A DNA stretch of 64,000 nt, taken from contig NC_052158.1 in assembly GCF_902713615.1 (NCBI RefSeq), positions 36,819,729-36,883,728 on the forward strand. Direction: 5' to 3'. Below the pieces are notes generated by a model, which saw nothing but the letters and a program-made list of their open reading frames with translations, searched no databases and had not been told where the DNA came from. Both the position numbers and the translations under genes were made by a program. The stretch comes from Scyliorhinus canicula (lineage: Eukaryota). Positions 11,870 to 25,471 of the stretch are shown here, piece by piece (the stretch's first letter is position 1; every line of letters begins with the position of its first letter).

Positions 11870-12290
11870 TACAATAAGCAAAATACTGCAGATGCTGGAA
11901 TCTCAGCACGTTTGGCAGCATTTGTCATGAGAAACAGAGTTAACATTTTGAGCCATTGACCCTATGGTGGATCTGAGAGGGAGAATGTGTCAGAGCAAAG
12001 AACTGTAACAAAAAGTAGCAACTTTATGAACAAACAACAGATGGCCTGGTGTGAGGGGGGAAAGAGGGTGATCTGCATTGGGGAAGAGGGTGATCAGCAT
12101 TGGGGAAATACATATGGAATATTAACCCCCCACAGCCCTTTCCTTTAAGATAAAGGAGAAAGTTCTAAATCTAAAGTTACCAAACTGGACATTGAGTCCA
12201 GAAGGCTGCAACATGCCCAATCAGAAGTTGAGATGCTGCCCCTCCAGCTTGCGACAGGCTTCATCAGAGCATTGCTGAAGGACAAGGACA
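11870..12290 (-). mobile_element. Old Penelope-like element 3' end
   Basis: Minus strand reads CRKLEGQHLNF*LGMLQPSGLNVQF, like the PLE GIY-YIG C-terminus; it is followed by the aatactgcagatgctgg terminal sequence. Confidence 0.55.
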
Positions 12291-12811
12291 GATATTGGCT
12301 GATCAGAGGGTGCCATAGATTAGCAAAAAGTAACCCAGACCTGCTCTATTTGGTTGAGCTGGAGGTTACCGACTGGAAAGATAAAGGAGTGTTGAGGCTA
12401 TTATTCATATGGATTACCAGGAGGCATTTGTAACAATTCCACAAAAGACATTATTTGCAAAAATGAGGGTATCCAGAAATGGAGTTATCTTTTTACCTTG
12501 GCATGAAAATAGCACAAGAGGTAAGAGATTGGAGATACCCTGTCTTCTGTTTGGTGGTTTGTGACTAGTGGTGCCTCCACAGACCCCTTATAAATGACTA
12601 TGTTGAGGAAATTGAATGTTATTTGCAGATGACACTATTAGGAGGGACAGTTGTGTGGAATGGTGTGGAAGGGGTAAAAACAAAAGGAATTTCTGTGGTG
12701 GAGGTGGACTCTAAAGATTTTGTGATGCACAGCCACAGAAGTAATGAGTATAGCAAAGAAATGAAAATTGTGCCCGAATGAGGTGTGAATCGCTACATAA
12801 GCGGGGGCAGG

Positions 12812-13162
12812 GGGCAGCAGGGTAGCATGGTGGTTAGCATAAATGCTTCACAGCTCCAGGGTCCCAGGTTCGATTCCCGGCTGGGTCACTGTCTGTGTGG
12901 AGTCTGCACGTCCTCCCCCTGTGTGCGTGGGTTTCCTCCGGGTGCTCCGGTTTCCTCCCACAGTCCAAAGATGTGCGGGTTAGGTGGATTGGCCATGCTA
13001 AATTGCCCGTAGTGTCCTAATAAAAGTAAGGTTAAGGGGGGGGTGTGTTGTTGGGTTACGGGTATAGGGTGGATACGTGGGTTTGAGTAGGGTGATCATG
13101 GCTCGGCACAACATTGAGGGCCGAAGGGCCTGTTCTGTGCTGTACTGTTCTATGTTCTATGT
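12812..13162 (+). mobile_element. HE1/V-SINE-like SINE
   Basis: Full head, core and (ttctatg)n tail, very similar to 7662-8002. Confidence 0.88.
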
Positions 13163-13229
13163 CTATAACACTGTCTTAATGTAATATGAAGGGATTTTTA
13201 AAAAGCAACATGACAAAAACAAAAAACAA

Positions 13230-13830
13230 ATTAAACAAGATGGAGGCAGAGGTTATGATCTGAAGCTGCTGAATCCAGAAAGCTGTGTTGAAAGTTGAGG
13301 TGTTTGTATTGAACTTCACTGGGACATCATAACAGGACATGGACAGAAAGGTGGAGAATTAAAATGGCAGGCAACCGGAAGGTCAGGTTTCATGGTGTTA
13401 TTTCGCACAGATGTTCCGTAAAGCAGTCACCCAGTCAGTTCAAACTCCCACTGTACAGGAGACCACATCGTAAACAGTGAATGCAGTAGACTACATTGAG
13501 GCGTATGTGTAAATCGTCTACTTGGATGGAATTTTTGGGCCCTTGCAGTGAGAAAAGAAGAGGCACGAGAGCAGGTGCTCATCTAAGCTTGCACAGAAAG
13601 GTGCCGTAGCTAGTGGTGGTGTTGGGTTGACTGAGGATTGGACTAGGGTGCCATGGTGCAAATGGTCTCTGATTTATGGAATGCTGCCCTTCATCCAGAG
13701 GGTTAGAATAAAAATGGGTTCAAGTTATGTTCCAGACGAACAGAATCTGTCTCGGGAGCTCATCTGGAGAACGGTATTGAATTCTGGCCTTGGAGGAAGA
13801 GCAGGTTGACCAGAATGAAACCACAACTAA
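13230..13830 (-). mobile_element. Old Penelope-like GIY-YIG remnant
   Basis: Frameshifted NVVYCIHCLRCGLLYSG..LGDCFTEHL..PDLPVACHFNSP. Confidence 0.55.
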
Positions 13831-14463
13831 AAGAATATGTGCGATGATAGGTTACATAAATTGACTTGTTATCACTTGATTTTGTGGATTAATGGAGGAA
13901 TCTGATCACAAGGTTTTAAGAATTCAATGCTTTAGACATGGAACAAGTGGACATAGCTTAAAATTATAGAACGGTTACAGCACAGTGGGAGGCCATTTGA
14001 CCTGCCGAGTTAATGCGAGCTCTCTGCAAGGGCTACTCAGAATTAAAACTAGGTTGTTGACTTTAAAGGCTGAAAAAGGGTATCAAGGTCATGTGGACTA
14101 AAGATCAACTCCAGATCGGACAGGGTCAAATCACGAAGCAGAGCAAGACCAGAGGGCCAAACGGTTCATTCCTGTTCTAATGTTGTTCTCTCTATGTCTC
14201 AGTTCAGTGAGCAGTCCCAAAAGTCGCGAAATTAGGTGAATTGGATGTTCTGAATTCGCCCTCTGTGTACCCAAATGTGGCGACTAGGGGCAGTAACTTC
14301 ATTGCAGTGTTAATGTAAGCCTACTTGTGACAATAAAGATTATTATTATGCCCCTCACTTTACCAACACTCCCACCATAACTGACCATTGTTTCTCACTC
14401 TCTTTCTCTCTCCTAGCAGGTTCTGAGAGGTTATGTGATCCCATTTGGCTTTGCAAAGATATA

Positions 14464-14646
14464 TTCTGGAGTTCTCTGGCCATCGGGATTCTCTTTTCCT
14501 GCTGGCAGCAAACCCCTGCTCGCGGGTTTCCTGGCAGCGCGGGGTGGCTTCAAGGGACATCCATTAACAAGGCAGTAAAGAGTCCCACTGCCAGCGAATG
14601 GTGTGCCACCGAGAAATACAAGACGGGGAAATCGGAGAATCTAGCC
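14464..14646. mobile_element. Harbinger-type MITE
   Basis: Imperfect termini ctggagttctct / ggagaatctagcc, related to the Harbinger termini at 5292 and 61382. Confidence 0.45.
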
Positions 14647-15884
14647 TATAGTTTATTCATGAAATATCTGCAAGAACATGACAAAAGCATTTCAACTGGC
14701 CCTCGCGGAAAGTGCAATGATATTTAAGTTTGCTGCATAGATCATGGTGCACTCCAGGGTGCTACAATACAATTGTGACATGTAATATTTACTGTATACA
14801 TTCAATGTGAATTTAAACCCTCAAGGGGGTTTACACATGTTCCCTCTCTGGGTGCACTATGGCTGAAGGGTCAGTGACCTTTCCCCAGTGCAATTTTGCA
14901 GCAGCTGCCCCAAGCTTTAGTGCATCCCTCAGCCCATCAAACTGGACTATGTAATGTGAGAGTGTCCAACTCATGGTCAAGGACAATTCTTTACACTGGC
15001 AAACGAACAAGGTTCAGGCAGCCCAAAGCGTACCTTTCGGCAAGTTGATCATCCTCCATTTACAGTAGATGACTTTATGTGCAACCCGGGAACAGCTGAT
15101 TGAAGGCCTGCATCACGGACCTGCTCGAGACGAATCTCGAGACAAACCACTGCGTCTCTCCACACCTTCTTTGCAAAGACACATTCAAGAAGGAGGTGGT
15201 CTCTTCCCCACCATAGCTACCTCAAAGACAATTTGTGTATAGGAACAATCCAACACGAGAGCCTCTCTTCCCACTTGCCATTCTATGTGTTCATTTGAAA
15301 TTTCTAGTGATGAGGCATTCTGCCAAAGGACTTTGAAAGTCTGATCAGGGAATCATCTGAGAGGATCCACCACAGGGCCTCAAGGATGTTATGTGCAGAC
15401 CACTGCCTAAGGGACTTGTGACAAAAGGGTGTTTTCGGCACAAATGTATCCACGAGTGACATGGGGTATGACACGGTCCAACTATTCAGAGTGGTCTGCA
15501 GCCGCATGGCCGGACCCATCCTTCGCAACACCAGGGACAGGTAGAAACTCAGCACATACTGCCACTTGGGTATTCACTTGGTGAGGGACTATGCACAGCT
15601 TGATGCAGCCACACACAAAAAGTGGCCATTAGGATGAGGGTGACGCTGGCTGTGGTTTTTCTCCATTATCCAGAGGACTGTACATTAACAGAGTCAATGT
15701 TTGGTCACCAGATAAAGCAGGTTTTGGTGTGTTGCCAATCGGCATCGGAGACGCCAATAATGTTGCTCTTTTTGATGAGTGGAATACTGTCACACAAGCG
15801 TCACCAATAACCATGCCAAATTAACTAGATACTGATGACAGTTATTAATGACGATATTGCTTTTCAGAGTCACCAGCTATCAAA

Positions 15885-17001
15885 TGATACCACCACAAGG
15901 TTTTACCGGATAGCGATCAAAGACCAAACAACCAGTTAGTCAGTTCAACTTCAACACACAAGAATTACTTCGACAGCAACATAAAACAGTTCAAGCTAAA
16001 TTACTCCTAACACTACAACAACCTATACTTACTTCAGGCACCCGGCTTTATGAAAATGAAATGAAATGGAACAAAATGAAAATCGCTTATTGTGGAACAA
16101 GGCCTTTGTGGCTGGGTCTGGAGAAGTGACTTCGTTTCATAGAATTATAGAATTTACAGTGCAGAAGGAGGCCATTCGGCCCATCGAGTCTGCACCGGCT
16201 CTTGGAAAGAGCACCCTACCCAAGCCCACACCTCCACTTTATCCCCATAACCCAGTAACCCTATCCAACACTAAGGGCAATTTTGGACACTTTGGGCAAT
16301 TTAGCATGGCCAATCCACCTAGCCTGCACATCTTTGGACTGTGGGAGGACACCGGAGCACCCGGAGGAAACCCACGCACACACGGGGAGAATGTGCAGAC
16401 TCCACACAGACAGTGACCCAAGCCGGGAATCGACCCTGGGACCCTGGAGCTGTGAAGCAATTGTGCTAACCACTATGCCACTGTGCTGCCCGTTTCTGCT
16501 GGGCTCATCCCGTCTGGTAGCGATCGTTGGTCTTGAACTTGTCTTCTGGTCGTGATGCTGCACTTGGTTTTAGGTGTAGGTCGGGGCCAAGAGAGACTGA
16601 ACACGTGGCAGTGTCTCTCTTTATCCTTCTGGGGTTTTGCGCTCCTTTGGGCGGTCCTTAACCGTTGGACCCAATAGTTCGGCAGGTTTCGATTACTGCC
16701 TTTAATTTGGGCCAATAAAGGGGCGGGTGCCTTGATGGCGGTGGGTGTCCTGAGCGGTCATTGACGTTGGCTTTTTGGGCTCCCTGAGCAAAGGGAGTGG
16801 CGCCGATGAGTCTGTTTCTGTGCTTGTTACCAGAGTACAGGTCTTTTGTTCTGGGGAAATGGGCCATTAGAATGCAGAGTAGCTGGTGGTTTCGATAGCA
16901 TCTAGTTGTCTGAGTCCTGGGTTGACCATATTTCCCATGGTCCTTTGCAGGTGGCCATATTTCCCAGGATCCTTTGTAAGTGGCCATCCCAGATGGCTAC
17001 A
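15885..17001 (-). mobile_element. Gypsy-like LTR inserted in the Tx1
   Basis: Begins TGTAGCCA on the minus strand at 17001, like the LTR at 54489, and ends ...ggtatCA. No TSD found. Interrupted by SINEs at ~16050-16491. Confidence 0.5.
16138..16491 (-). mobile_element. HE1/V-SINE-like SINE
   Basis: Reverse complement of a full head, core and tail. Confidence 0.85.
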
Positions 17002-17835
17002 GGTGATCACCACTTGCAGGAGTGAGGATTGAGCCAGGCCTGAGCTATGTACAGCAACACAGAGTGCCTCAGACTTGAACACCTAATTTGTCCCCAATGG
17101 AGAGGGAGCATCGCTCCCATATGGACAGTTTTTTTCTTGACCATAGGTCTTTGCTCCTTTTTCTAGTGCATTCCACAGTTCCTCCAAACCATAACCCCAG
17201 CATCTTTGGGCAGTCTAACCCTGCCAGCATGCCCTATTCCGAAAGAAAATGGTTTCACTCTTGCCATGATTTACCTTGGCTCATAAGGCCATTGAACTAG
17301 TCACAGATGTTGATCTGTCTGCGCACCGATAACAGATCCTGGCAGAATACGGTGACGATGTCTATGTAAATAGAAGCTTTGAACGTAGTGCCTCCACTGC
17401 CTGGCATAATCAATTCTTTTATACACGAAACCTTCCTCATTGTCTCAGGAAAGGGATCTATGCAACACATGGATAGAAAAAGGACAGTGGAGAGAAGGCA
17501 CCCTGTCTGTTTCCAGATTTGGTTGGAAAGTTTTTTGATTTCCACCCATTGAAAGATACTGCAGTACTGATGTTTGCATAGAGCAGTTGGATTCAATTGC
17601 AGATTCCCTCTCCAAATATTATTTTGGAGAGCATATCCAGCAAGTGGGTGTGCAATATTCTGTCAAAGGCCATCTCTGGCTCTGGGATGAGGCAGCTGTA
17701 GACTTCCTTGTCCCAGCCAAAGGAAATTGCCTTCATAAGTATTCCAAGGCTACTAGAGATCTTCTTGCTGGGTGCAACACAGGTCTGGTCATGGTGGTTC
17801 ACTAACTCTAGAGCAGAGTTGATTGGTGACGAGCT

Positions 17836-18128
17836 TGGGCAGAATTTTTAGTCTGTATTCAACAGTGAAATGGGTCGCCAATTTCCTCCCTTCTGAGTTG
17901 AGATGGGTGATTATACCTTTCCTCATGAATTCTGACATGCTGCTGGGAGAACAAAAATCTTGTATACTTCTAGCAGGTCTGGGCAGAATTTTTAGTCTGT
18001 ATTCAACAGTGAAATGGGTCGCCAATTTCCTCCCTTCTGAGTTGAGATGGGTGATTATACCTTTCCTCATGAATTCTGACATGCTGCTGGGAGAACAAAA
18101 ATCTTGTATACTTCTAGCAGGTCTGGGC
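17836..18128. repeat. 144-bp (48-codon) tandem duplication in the Tx1 RT
   Basis: gggc anchor at 17837, 17981 and 18125; ORF 17789-18310 repeats RPARSIQDF...RLKILP twice. Confidence 0.95.
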
Positions 18129-18524
18129 TGAACCATTCTCACAGGAATGAATACTTTGTTTCCAGGAGTTTTACTCTTCTTGAAGTACTCAAGAGTCTTA
18201 GTCAGTTTATCTCGAGTTAGCAGTTTGTCCAGACTCTCCAGCATAGACTCCATGATTGAGGACAGAACGGATTGGGAGACCCTGCTGTCCATGGACTTCA
18301 CATTATACAACCTGGTATTAAAATATCAGACTGTTGACTTCACTGAGCTGCCTTCTTACTTCAGATTGTAGAGCTCTTTCTATGTGCACCATTAGGAGGA
18401 GGAAGTCAAGCGCTTCTTATCCTGCGCAACGGAATGGATAATGACCGGAAAATGCTTTTGGAGGCCTCTGAGCAAGACTTTTGGCTCTTCACCCCTTGGG
18501 AAAGCCTTCTTGGCATTAAGTCCT

Positions 18525-19565
18525 ATTAGTTGGCCTAGTGGTTAGCGCTGCTGTCTCACAGCACCGGGGACACCGGTTCAATTATCGTCTTGGGTGACTG
18601 CTTGTGTGGAGTTTGCACTTTCTCTCAATGTCTGTTTGGGCTTCCTCTGGATGATCAGGTTTCCTCCCACAGTCCAAAATTGTGCGGCTAAGGTGGATTG
18701 GCCATGATAAATTTGACCTTCATACAGGTTAGGTGGGGCTGTGGTGTTAGGGCGGGGCAGTGGGCCTAGGTAGGGTGCTCTTTCAGTGCCGACTCAATGG
18801 ACTGAATGGTCTCCTTCCACACTGCAGGAATTCTAGGGTTCCATTGACTGCAGCCAGATTTAGCATGTTCTGCTGGAGACTGGACATTTCCCACTGTCTC
18901 GCACCCACCTTCTACTTTGAGGATCCACCTGTGAGGATTAAAATCCTCTTGATATTCTCCGTTGTTTACAGGAACTCAAAGATGGGTTCTTCAACATTTG
19001 TAATTCCCCTTGAACTATCAATGTGTTCTGGAGTCAATAGTTTCACATTCAGCTTCCATGTCCCCTTGTAAGTGACCGTCAGAGGGCAGCATGGTGCCGC
19101 AGTGGGTTAGCCCTGCTGGCTCACGGCGCCAAGGTCACAGGTTCGATCCCGGCTCTGTGTCACTGTCCATGTCGAGTTTGCGCATTCTCCCTTTGTCTGC
19201 GTGAGTTTTGTCCCCACAACCCAAAGATGTGCAGAGTAGGTGGATTGGCCACGCTAAATTGCCCCTTAATTGGAAAGAATTAATTGGGTACTCTAAAAAA
19301 AATTTTAAAAGTAAGTGACTGCCAGACAATAGGAGGCAGAGGCATCACATGGCACTCTGGTTAGCACTGCTGCCTATGGCGCTGAGGACCCAGGTTTGAA
19401 TACAGATCACACGGGTTACTGACCGTGTGGAATTTGCACATTCTCCCAGTGTCTGTGTGGGTTTCACCCCCACAACTCAAAAGGTGTGCAGGTTAGGTGG
19501 ATTGGCCACACTAAATTGCCCCTCAATTGGAAAACAAATAATTGGATACATTTAGTTAAAAAAGG
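18525..19565 (+). mobile_element. Three SINEs inserted in the Tx1 (~18525-18830, ~19083-19310, ~19340-19565)
   Basis: Each has gtggttag A-box-like, ggttc B-box-like and ggtggattggcca core motifs. Confidence 0.75.
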
Positions 19566-22026
19566 AGGCAGTGGTCAGTGAAGAACACCGACTTGATATT
19601 CACAGATCTGAATGCAACTCTTGGGATAGAAACAGTAAAACAATCCTGGAACAGATCGACCCGTTTGGCCGTAACCATGTTGCACTCAGGTGTGCAGGGT
19701 TGTTAAAGACATTGAGAAGGTGAAGATTTCCTTTCCAAAGCAGAATACCCAAGTCAAGGAACACAAGTCATTCCCTCCTGTCCAGATCAATGGCCCATGG
19801 TGCCACTGTTGCAAGCATTTCCCATTAGAGCTGAGGTGCGCACAATCCTGTGGAAACAGATCAGCTTTGACCTTAGCAAGACAATCCAAGGTTGCATTGT
19901 AGATTTAGCACTGCGCACATTACTGAACACATTCTTTATCACCATTTTAAAACATTTTAAAACATTTTGGTGCTTACTGGGTCTGTTATGTTTGACAGTT
20001 TAAGTTTTTTGGCCTGCTCCCCATACCCATAGTGTTCGCTCACTTGTGAAGGACTTCGGAAATCATCCTGGTCCATCTGGTTGAAATTGTTCTCCACCCG
20101 GGTGACATTGGGGGCAGGGGGGTGCGGCTTGCGAGAAGGGAAGTTTGAATTGTTCTTTTTTGTAGAAGGCTCTCCCCCTCGGGTGCGATGCTGTGCCCGG
20201 CTTCCCGGAGTTGGGGCGCACCCAGCACTTCACTGCTCCTGGCTTCCTGGAGCTGATCTTTTTCTGGTCTCCAATGTTTTGTTCAGATATCTCGCACTCC
20301 AGTTCCCTCAAGCTTTGTCACTTCTTCTGGTGCTACCCTTGCCCTCCTTTGTCTGAGGAGCAGTAGACCCTATCATCCAGGTGGGATGGCAGTTGCTTCC
20401 TTTCTGCTCATCAAGGTGATTTGATCCCTTTTTGGCTACTTCTTTTTGGTCTTCGTTACCTTCTGCCAATCCCTCAGTTGATTTTCTGCTGGGTCCTCCT
20501 CGGTCTGCTGAGAATGGAAAGTTTGGCAGGGGCAGTGCTGGCATTTGGCAATCTGCTGTCTCACTTCTTTCAATCCTATTTTCCCTCTATTTGTCCTCCT
20601 ATGTCCCATTCTGTTCACGGCACACCTTGGTGGGTCAAATTTACAAGACTGTTTGCCAGTTGTCAGACTCACCATTCTGTTGACTTGACCCTCCTTGGTT
20701 TTTGCTGCCTGTGCATGATTGAGGTGGTATGGGCAGCAGGTTCTGTAGAGATGGCAGCAGGTTCTGTAGAGATGACATGCCCCAGCACATAGGTTAGTCT
20801 GCTTGTAGTCCTGTGTCTGCTGTCCTTCCTGCTTGTCGCTGTTGGAAGTGGTATCGCTGTGGGGGGCCTCTACGTGACCAGATTTGCTGCAACAACAAAC
20901 TTTGGGTTGCCTGGAGTATACAAGTAGCTGTGGCTTTCCTCAAAGCAAAGCTTTCGGGAGGTTGGAGAGAAGCCTTGACCTGCCTTTTTCTGGTCCAAAT
21001 TCCAAAGGCGTGCTGATATCAAATGCAGTTTGCAGTCTCGTCAACCTGAAAATCACCATACACCACACCTCAGGTGAGAGAAACGTTTAAGAAGAAGTCG
21101 AGGCCTTCATGAGTAACCTTAGCCTGTACGGGAATTGAACCGGCACTGTTGGCCTCGCTCTGCATCACAAGCAGCCAACTGAGCTCAACCAGGCCCGATG
21201 AGAACATGGGGTTGGAGGGTTACCACATGGTCCACATGACAGCAGCTTCACCGTGAAGATTCGCAGGTGTAACAAGCAGCAACATTCTTGAAAGTCACAT
21301 CAAAATATCCGGTACTAGGGATGTCCTGCAGAGAGTAGATGCCAACAGCTCCCAATCCACAAAATTCCAAAAACAACCAAGAAGGCATGCGTGCAGCACC
21401 TACTGCCATCTTTCACCGTCACTGTAGCAATGTTACCTGCCCCTAGTTTGTGGCTTGACTGGTTGCAGCATTGAGTTTATTTTTATTCATGGGACATGGG
21501 CATCGCTGGCTGGGCCAGCATTTATTGCCCATCCCTAATTGCCCTTGAGCGGATGTTGAGCACTGAGGCCCCGACAAAGGGAACAAAAAAACCACAGAGC
21601 CTCAAAGATCGGAAAAGGTCGAAAGCTTCGCTGAAAGCCCCAGTAAAATAAATAAAACCAACAAAAAACACTTCCACACATGCAGTGGCAACTCCTACCC
21701 CCCCCCCCCCGCACCCCCCCAACCCCCGCACCCACCAGCCCTGCCCCCCCCCCCCCCGCCCTGCCGCGCTGCCCCCCGCCCCGCCCCCCCTAAAATAATT
21801 AGTTTACATTTCCATGTATTCGTAATTTAGATTTGAAAGACTGCCAGTAAAGACTGGAAGATTCCAGAAGATGGATCTTCGGAATGATGTATGTATCCAG
21901 GACAAAATGGGAAGCACAACTTTCCGCTGCCTTGCTGCACCATTCCACACCCTCCGTGTTAAGCATTTTCTTTGCTTTCCACTCAAGTTGGTCTCATTCT
22001 GCACGGTAGTATTTCTATGAATATAG

Positions 22027-22830
22027 ATATAGAACATACAGTGCAGAAGGAGGCCATTTGGCCCATCGAGTCTGCACTGACCAACTTAAGCTCTCACTTC
22101 CACCCTATCCCCATAACCCAATAACCCCTGTTAATCGTTCAGACACTGAGGGCAATTTAGCATGGCCAATCCACCTAACCTGCACGTCATTGGACTGTGG
22201 GAGGAAACCGGAGAACCCGGAGGAAACCCACGCAGACACAGGAGACGGTGCAGACTCCACACAGACAATGACCCAGCTGGGAATTGAACCTGGGACCCTG
22301 GCGTTGTGAAGCCACAGTGCTAGTCACTTGTGCTACGGTGCTGCCATTATCAATTTCTGAGAGTGGCCTGATCATTACATATATGGCAGTTTATGCGTTT
22401 CTATATTTATTGCAGGTTTGTTGTATTTGTAGTTTACTGCCTTTTTCTTTTAATTTTTGATCCTCCTATTCTGCCCTGCTTGTAGCTACTACTCGTCCCA
22501 GGAAACCTGCTGTCATGGGGTGGAACGGTGACATCGTGGTTAGCACTGTTCCTCACAGCGCCAATGACCCGTGTTAAATCCTGCCTTTTGGAGTTTGTGC
22601 ATTCTCCCCGTGTCTCATGGGTTTCCTCCGGGTGCTTTGGTTTCCTTTCACAGTCCAAAGATGTGCAAGTTAGGTGGATTGGCTATGCTAAATTGCCCCA
22701 TAATATCCAGGTTCTGGGTTAACGGAGATAGGGCGGGGTGGACGGGGAAGGTAAATCGGGAGAGTGCTCATTTGAAGGGTCGGTGCAGACTCGTTGGGCC
22801 GAATGGCCTCCTGTACTGTAGTGATTCTGG
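22027..22830. mobile_element. Divergent SINE pair (minus ~22027-22345; plus ~22505-22830)
   Basis: HE1-like core motifs on opposite strands. Confidence 0.75.
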
Positions 22831-24974
22831 TATTATGACGCTCTCTTGGCTCTTCTGCCATCCTCACAATCCACTGTAGCTCGTCTGGATCGCTCTGTGA
22901 TGTCTTGTCATGGGCTACACCTAGGTGAATCCCCTTTTCTTTTGCCCTATGGAAGAGACCTCTGTAGTTTTGCAGCTCTGATGAAACACCTAAATTTTGA
23001 CATTTTCTTTTCTGGATATCACTTATACAGAGTTCTTCTTGCGCTTGCCATTTCAAGTATCTCTTCATTGGTTGTACAAAATTTTGAGCGGCCTGGGTCA
23101 AGTAGATGGGAAGAACCTATTTACCTGAACAGAGATGTCAGTAACTAGAGGGCATTAAGGGATTGGTCTAAAAAAGTTTAGACTGGAGATTTGGACTTTT
23201 TTCTTTACCCAAGGTAAGTCGGGCTAGTGGAAGCAAAGAAAAATCTCATCTCATTTAAAAGGCACCTCAAGTGCCCAGTGCCATAAACTGCAAGACTACA
23301 TACCAAATGCTGGAAAGTGGGATTAGGCTGCATGGATCATTATTCGGTTGGAGTGGACACGATGGGTCAAGTGGCCCCTTTCCATGGGGTAAACATTCTA
23401 GGATTCCATGATTCATTTAATGGGATGTTTATGAAATTCTTTGGTGAATGCTGATGCAAAGTACTCATTTAGTACCTCGCCCATTTCCTGTGGCACCACG
23501 CATAGATTCTCTCCTCTGTCCTTGATTGGGCCAACCCTTTCCCTGGCTATCCTCTTGCTCTTTATATTCATAAAGAAAGCCTTGGGATTTTCCTTAATCT
23601 TCTTTGCCGATTACTGTTCATGACCCCTTTTAGCCTGCCTGACTGCTTGCTTAATTCCTTCCTATTTTCCTTATATTCTTCATGGGCTTCGTCTGTTCCC
23701 TTCTAGCCCTTTTCTTCTAGCTTCCTTTTTCTTTTTGACTAGGCTCACAATATCCCTTGTCATCAACGGTTCCTGAAACATGCCATGTTATCCTTCTTCC
23801 TCACAGGAACATGCCGGATCTGAATTCCTATCAACTGACATTTGAAAGCCTCCCACATGCCAGATGATGATTTACCCTCAAACATCCAGCCCCAACCTAG
23901 CTTTTTCAGTTCCCGCCGAATATTATTATAATTAGCCTTCCCCAATTTAGCACTTTCACCAAGGACTACTCGTATCTTTATCCAACAGTACCTTAAAACA
24001 CATTGAATTATGGTCACTGTTCCAGAAATGCTGCCCGACTGAAACTTCGACCACTGGCCAGGCTCATTCTTAAATAGCAGGTGAAGTATGTCCCCGTCCC
24101 AAGTTGGACTATCTACATATTGCTTCCAAAAGCCCTCCTGGATGCTCCTTACAAACTCTGCCCCATCCAAGCCCCTGGCAATAAGTGATTCCCAGTCAAT
24201 ATAGGGGAAGTTAAAATCACTCACCACAATAAACCTGTTGATTTACACCATTCCAAAATCTGCCTACATATCTGCTCCTCTATCTCCCGCTGGCTGTTAG
24301 AAGGCTTGTAGTAAACCCCCAACATTGTGACTTGACCCTTCCTATTCTTGAGCTCTACCCATATTGCCTTGTCACATGAGGACTCCGAGGTGACCTCCCA
24401 CAGTACAGCTGTGATATTCTCAACCAGTAGTTCAACTTCCCCAACCCTTTTACTTCCCCTTCTATCCTACCTGAAACATCTAAATACTGGAATGTTTAGC
24501 TGCCAATCATGTCCCTCCCTCAACCAAGTATATGTAGTGGCAACAACATCATAGTTCCAAGTACTAATCCAAGCTCTAAGTTCATCTGCTTTACCTGTTA
24601 TACTTCTCGCATTGAAATAAATGCACTTCAGACCACCAGTCCCACTGGGTTCAGCAACAACTTCCTGCCTCAGAGTCTTACTGGCCCTATTCTCTATTTC
24701 AGGCATTGTCAAAGTCGGGGACGCGATCCACAGGTGGGTCATGGGGGGGTGTTGAGAGGGTCACGGAGCAGTCAGTCGAGGCACCCCTGATCGCGCAAAT
24801 CCACGCACAACAACTGCAGCAGCTGCAGCAACTATGCCGGCTGCGAGCAGCCCCGAACATATTTTAAAAATGCGGCCGCACTGCGCATGCAAGCCCGATC
24901 ATCGGGGCGTGTGCGCAAAACTATGCGCATGAATGATTGGGCACGCATGCGCAGTGCAGTTGCATATTTTTTAT

Positions 24975-25130
24975 ATGGCTAAAAAGGTTGCTGTTGCTGC
25001 TGAAGAAAAAAAGGAAGAGCTGAAAGAGGAAGAATCTGAAGAGTCTGATGATGACATAGGCTTTGGCCTCTTTGATTAAACGTGCCATGCAAGAACATTG
25101 TTACAATTTGCAAAAAATAAATAAAAATTG
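24975..25130 (+). pseudogene. 3' fragment of an acidic ribosomal P-protein gene (RPLP1/RPLP2-like) with stop and 3'UTR
   Basis: 24975-25079 reads MAKKVAVAAEEKKEELKEEESEESDDDIGFGLFD*, the universal P-protein C-terminus (M>I). AATAAA at 25116. Confidence 0.9.
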
Positions 25131-25333
25131 AATATAAAAGCCGGCTGCTGCGGCTGAGGACCGCAAATTTGCGCAATTGGAGACGCAGAAGATTCGAAAA
25201 AAAATTCTTTGTAATCTTCCTGCCTGAGGGAGGCAGAGTGCATGTCACGGCCCCGAACATCGCCATCACGTGCTTTGGGAGTGATTGCGATTCTTCCATT
25301 CTATCAGCAGCAAACAAGGGTAAGAGAAAATGA

Positions 25334-25471
25334 TGGGTCGCGAAGGTCGGCCAGCATGGGTCGCGAAGGTCGGCTGGTGTGGGTCCCGAAGGTCGGCCGG
25401 CTTGGGTCCCGAAGGTTGGCCTGTGTGGGTCCCGAAGGTCGGCCGGCGTGGGTCCCGAAGGTCGGCCAGCT
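25334..25471. repeat. Six 23-bp subterminal repeats of the hAT MITE
   Basis: tgggtc(g/c)cgaaggtcggc + 4-5 variable nt, x6. Confidence 0.92.

Larger units (their letters stand above)
14750..21070 (-). mobile_element. Old Tx1-type non-LTR retrotransposon fragmented by an LTR and SINEs
   Basis: Collinear minus-strand pieces: Cys/His-rich ORF1 (~20000-21070), EN LAKVKADL..WHHGPLIWTGGND (19686-19889), GTWKLNVKLLTP (~19060), RT KTPG..MRKGIIT..HHDQTC..AFDRI (17593-18310), QWSAHNILEAL..WQNASS (15304-15555), LRDALKLGAAAAK (~14920). Confidence 0.75.

Noticed and set aside
25334-25471. CRISPR-like array
   Set aside because: The variable parts are only 4-5 nt, there are no cas genes, and it lies inside a eukaryotic MITE.
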